A stretch of 48,193 bases of DNA from Zetaproteobacteria bacterium (GTDB lineage Bacteria > Bdellovibrionota_B > Oligoflexia > Oligoflexales > Bog-1112): contig CANFEH010000003.1 of the NCBI GenBank assembly GCA_947445855.1, positions 1 through 48,193 of the forward strand, read 5' to 3'. The notes under the pieces were generated by a model. The model had not been told where the DNA came from, did not search any database, and was given only the letters and a program-made list of their open reading frames with translations. This document shows, piece by piece, positions 46,122 through 48,193 of this stretch. Each line of letters starts with the position of its first letter. The first letter of the stretch is position 1. A program made the position numbers and the translations under genes.

Positions 46122-47417
46122 TTACTTTTTTGAAACTTCTTCATAACGCTTTTTAGCACGCATGACCCACTCTTGTGTCGTTTTTGTTCTGAACAGTGGA
46201 TTCTCCCAATTCTTACGGTAGAGTTCCATTTCTTTTTCTGTCACAAGTGGTTTTACAAATAACTTTTCTTTTTCTTGATTAGGGTGATCAATTAATCTTT
46301 TCCAAGCAGCTTGAATTTCACTATGAAGATCAACATGAACGGCCCCTAAAAGATCACCGATAATATTTTTTTTCTCGACTATACCGTCCAAATTTAAAAG
46401 CATCTCTGTTGCAAAATCTTTAAAAGGGTTGAAAAGTTTAAGAAGAATGGCACTTTGCTCATCATAAACTTCTGGGATAACAGCAATGCGACCAAGTGTG
46501 CTTTTTTTAGGACCTTTGTCATGACCTTGTGGATAGATCAAAAGATTTTGAGCTTCAGGGCTCAAAATAAAATCCACAAATCTTTCTGCTTCTTTTCTAG
46601 AGGGAGCTCCTCTTATGATCCCAATAGGATCACAGTTAAAGATAGTCGCGTTTTTTGGGAGCACAAACCCTAAATTCTTAGACCCAATAGAAGCTACTTG
46701 TGGAGTAGCATAAAAATTAATTGCTGCAGCCATACCTGCGTCACCTGTTAAGACAGCTTTGATAGGATCAGAACTTGAGTGTGTAAATTTCCTTGTATTG
46801 CCTGCCATTTTATTAAGAAGAGCCCACCCTTCTTCCCAACCAAGACTCTCTAACATAATTAAAAACATCATAAGAGAAGAGCTTGATTGCCTTGGATCAC
46901 TAAGAGAAACATATTCGTAGTATTCTTTTTTTCCTAAATCTTTCCATGTGTAGGGGATGGGCATTTTTAAAAGAGACAAAACTCTTTTGTTGTAAAAAAT
47001 ACCAAAAGAAGAAAGAGCTGTTGCGTACCAAACTTCTTTTTCACTGCGGAAACTCAAGTTAGAAAAAATTTTTGGTAAACTTTTATCTATTTTTTCAGGC
47101 AATTTATAGGATTCTAAAAGTCCTCTTTTTTCAAGATCATAAAAAGTAACTTCTCCACCACCCCAGAAAATATCTATCCCAGAAGTTTTAGAGTTTTGAC
47201 TAAACCGGTTCATGATGAACCTGAGATCGTTTTCTGTGCCTCCTTGGTCAATCCAGTCCACTTCGATCTCTTCACCATATTTTTCTTTATAATATTTTTG
47301 AAAAAGAGGAACAAACTCATTTTGAATAGATTTTCTATGGGGAGAAATAATACTTAGTTTTGCAAACGCAAAGAATTCACTAAAAAGAAAGAAACATATT
47401 AAAGCTCTTAGAAGCAT
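46122..47417 (-). CDS. ABC transporter extracellular solute-binding protein (Fe3+/thiamine/phosphonate-type class)
   Basis: Signal peptide, IISPH, DIFWGGG, DPRQSSS, FVDFILSPEAQ. Confidence 0.8.
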   Translation of the reverse strand: MLLRALICFFLFSEFFAFAKLSIISPHRKSIQNEFVPLFQKYYKEKYGEEIEVDWIDQGGTENDLRFIMNRFSQNSKTSGIDIFWGGGEVTFYDLEKRGLLESYKLPEKIDKSLPKIFSNLSFRSEKEVWYATALSSFGIFYNKRVLSLLKMPIPYTWKDLGKKEYYEYVSLSDPRQSSSSLMMFLIMLESLGWEEGWALLNKMAGNTRKFTHSSSDPIKAVLTGDAGMAAAINFYATPQVASIGSKNLGFVLPKNATIFNCDPIGIIRGAPSRKEAERFVDFILSPEAQNLLIYPQGHDKGPKKSTLGRIAVIPEVYDEQSAILLKLFNPFKDFATEMLLNLDGIVEKKNIIGDLLGAVHVDLHSEIQAAWKRLIDHPNQEKEKLFVKPLVTEKEMELYRKNWENPLFRTKTTQEWVMRAKKRYEEVSKK

Positions 47418-47562
47418 TTTTTTCTATTCTCTTTGTTTTATGACCAGTGAATGGTAGCAGTGTATAAGGCATCTGTTCATGAAAAAAAGAAAAAGGTCAA
47501 ACTCTATTAGAGAAGAAGGGGGAATCTAGTAAGCGTTTTTAATCAAAAAAAAGGTCGCAACT

Positions 47563-47797
47563 CTTTATCATTCTGAGAGTATTCCGACTTTGTCATTCTG
47601 AGGGCGTTCTGACTTTGTCATTCTGAGCAGAGCGAAGAATCTCCCAAGGTTAAAATAAAGGAGATCTTTCGCGAAGGCGTTTTGTCATTCTGAAGGCGAA
47701 GCCGAAGAATCTCCCTTGTTTGCTCTGAAGGAGATCTTTCGCGAAGGCATTTTGTCATTCTGAGCAGAGCGAAGAATCTCCCAAGCTCAAAATAACA
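47563..47797. repeat. REP/BIME-like cluster of TGTCA-tagged palindromic repeats
   Basis: Five (T/A)TCATTCTGA-type cores. The first three are spaced 25 bp apart, then units start at 47617, 47684 and 47754 with GCGAAGAATCTCC...GGAGATCTTTCGC inverted arms. Confidence 0.85.
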
Positions 47798-47829
47798 ACA
47801 CTGCTTCTTTAACTTTTAATTCGCATTAG

Positions 47830-48045
47830 CTATTCATAAATATCACTTGAGAATTCAAATGCTTCAAAAGTTTTTTGAGAAAAATCGCCTACGACAAAAT
47901 CATATATGCTGGTTGTAATTTCTTCAGCTTTGTTTAAGTCAATTTCAATAATTTCTTCAACATATAAACCGTGAAGTTGCGTGTGATAAAAATCATAACC
48001 AGTATAAACAGCTTCTCTAGGTGCCAGTCTATAGGGTAGTGCCAT
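47830..48045 (-). pseudogene. Probable 3' remnant of a gene interrupted by the right-hand IS630 element
   Basis: The ORF starts only a few nt from the putative IS terminus and TA site (48048-48049) and has no RBS. Confidence 0.45.
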
Positions 48046-48047
48046 GT

Positions 48048-48193
48048 TATACCAATTATGTAAAATAATTGAGGTTTATTTTAAGTTAGAATTTGCCCAG
48101 CTCCTTGAGCAAAGTTCTTGAATATTTCCGTCTTCATCACAGAATGTGTTCCAAGCGTAACAACAAGCATCCACGATATCTTCATAAGTTTTA
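48048..48193 (-). mobile_element. IS630-family insertion sequence, right (3') end, truncated by the window edge
   Basis: Transposase C-terminus followed about 25 nt later by ...AATTGGTA|TA, consistent with an IS630 end at a TA target. Confidence 0.8.
48076..48192 (-). CDS. IS630-family transposase, C-terminal 38 aa (partial)
   Basis: Manual translation KTYEDIVDACCYAWNTFCDEDGNIQELCSRSWANSNLK*. YEDIVDACCxAWN...LCxRxWA is a characteristic IS630 C-terminus. Confidence 0.82.
   Translation of the reverse strand, partial: KTYEDIVDACCYAWNTFCDEDGNIQELCSRSWANSNLK

Noticed and set aside
488-46673. Numerous 60-105 aa ORFs antisense to or nested in housekeeping genes (e.g. 488-793, 14259-14510, 17645-17962, 44710-45009)
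   Set aside because: Shadow ORFs of well-supported genes, with no motifs or ribosome-binding sites.
47563-47797. CRISPR array
   Set aside because: Variable segments are only about 12-13 nt, the first and third are similar, unit lengths are irregular, and there are no cas genes.
1-48193. Whole window as a composite transposon, or a circle closed through one IS with the two gene stubs being halves of one gene
   Set aside because: The two IS termini are not inverted copies, joining the stubs at the TA sites is out of frame with the 71-aa ORF, and the content is essential chromosomal genes.

Overview
AT-rich bacterial chromosomal segment made up mostly of housekeeping genes. The gene set and protein style suggest Bdellovibrionota/Oligoflexia or a related lineage (inference only). 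In order: alr; rpmH-rnpA-yidD-yidC-jag-mnmE; tilS-ftsH-folP; lolA; tRNA-Val(GAC); an XRE/ImmA-like regulator; infC; ald; glmU(N-terminal domain only)-glmS-uvrD-MBL hydrolase; dksA; comF(frameshifted)-csaA-mutS; etfBA-ridA; RNase P RNA (rnpB); trmB-ybeY-hlyC/corC-cmoA; an S8 protease; gmk-rel/spoT; and an ABC solute-binding protein. Orphan secreted, lipoprotein and membrane genes are interspersed. Both edges run into IS630-family transposase fragments, each apparently interrupting a gene at a TA site. Several features are missing from the ORF track: rpmH, a 29-aa membrane mini-protein coupled to its neighbours at both ends, the tRNA, rnpB, a REP/BIME-like palindrome cluster and the IS fragments. 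I found no CRISPR array, prophage or clear new multi-gene system. The best leads are the homopolymer-frameshifted comF, the secreted repeat protein/mini-protein/RNHCP operon, the ImmA-like regulator with a degenerate catalytic motif, the half-length GlmU and the palindromic repeat family.
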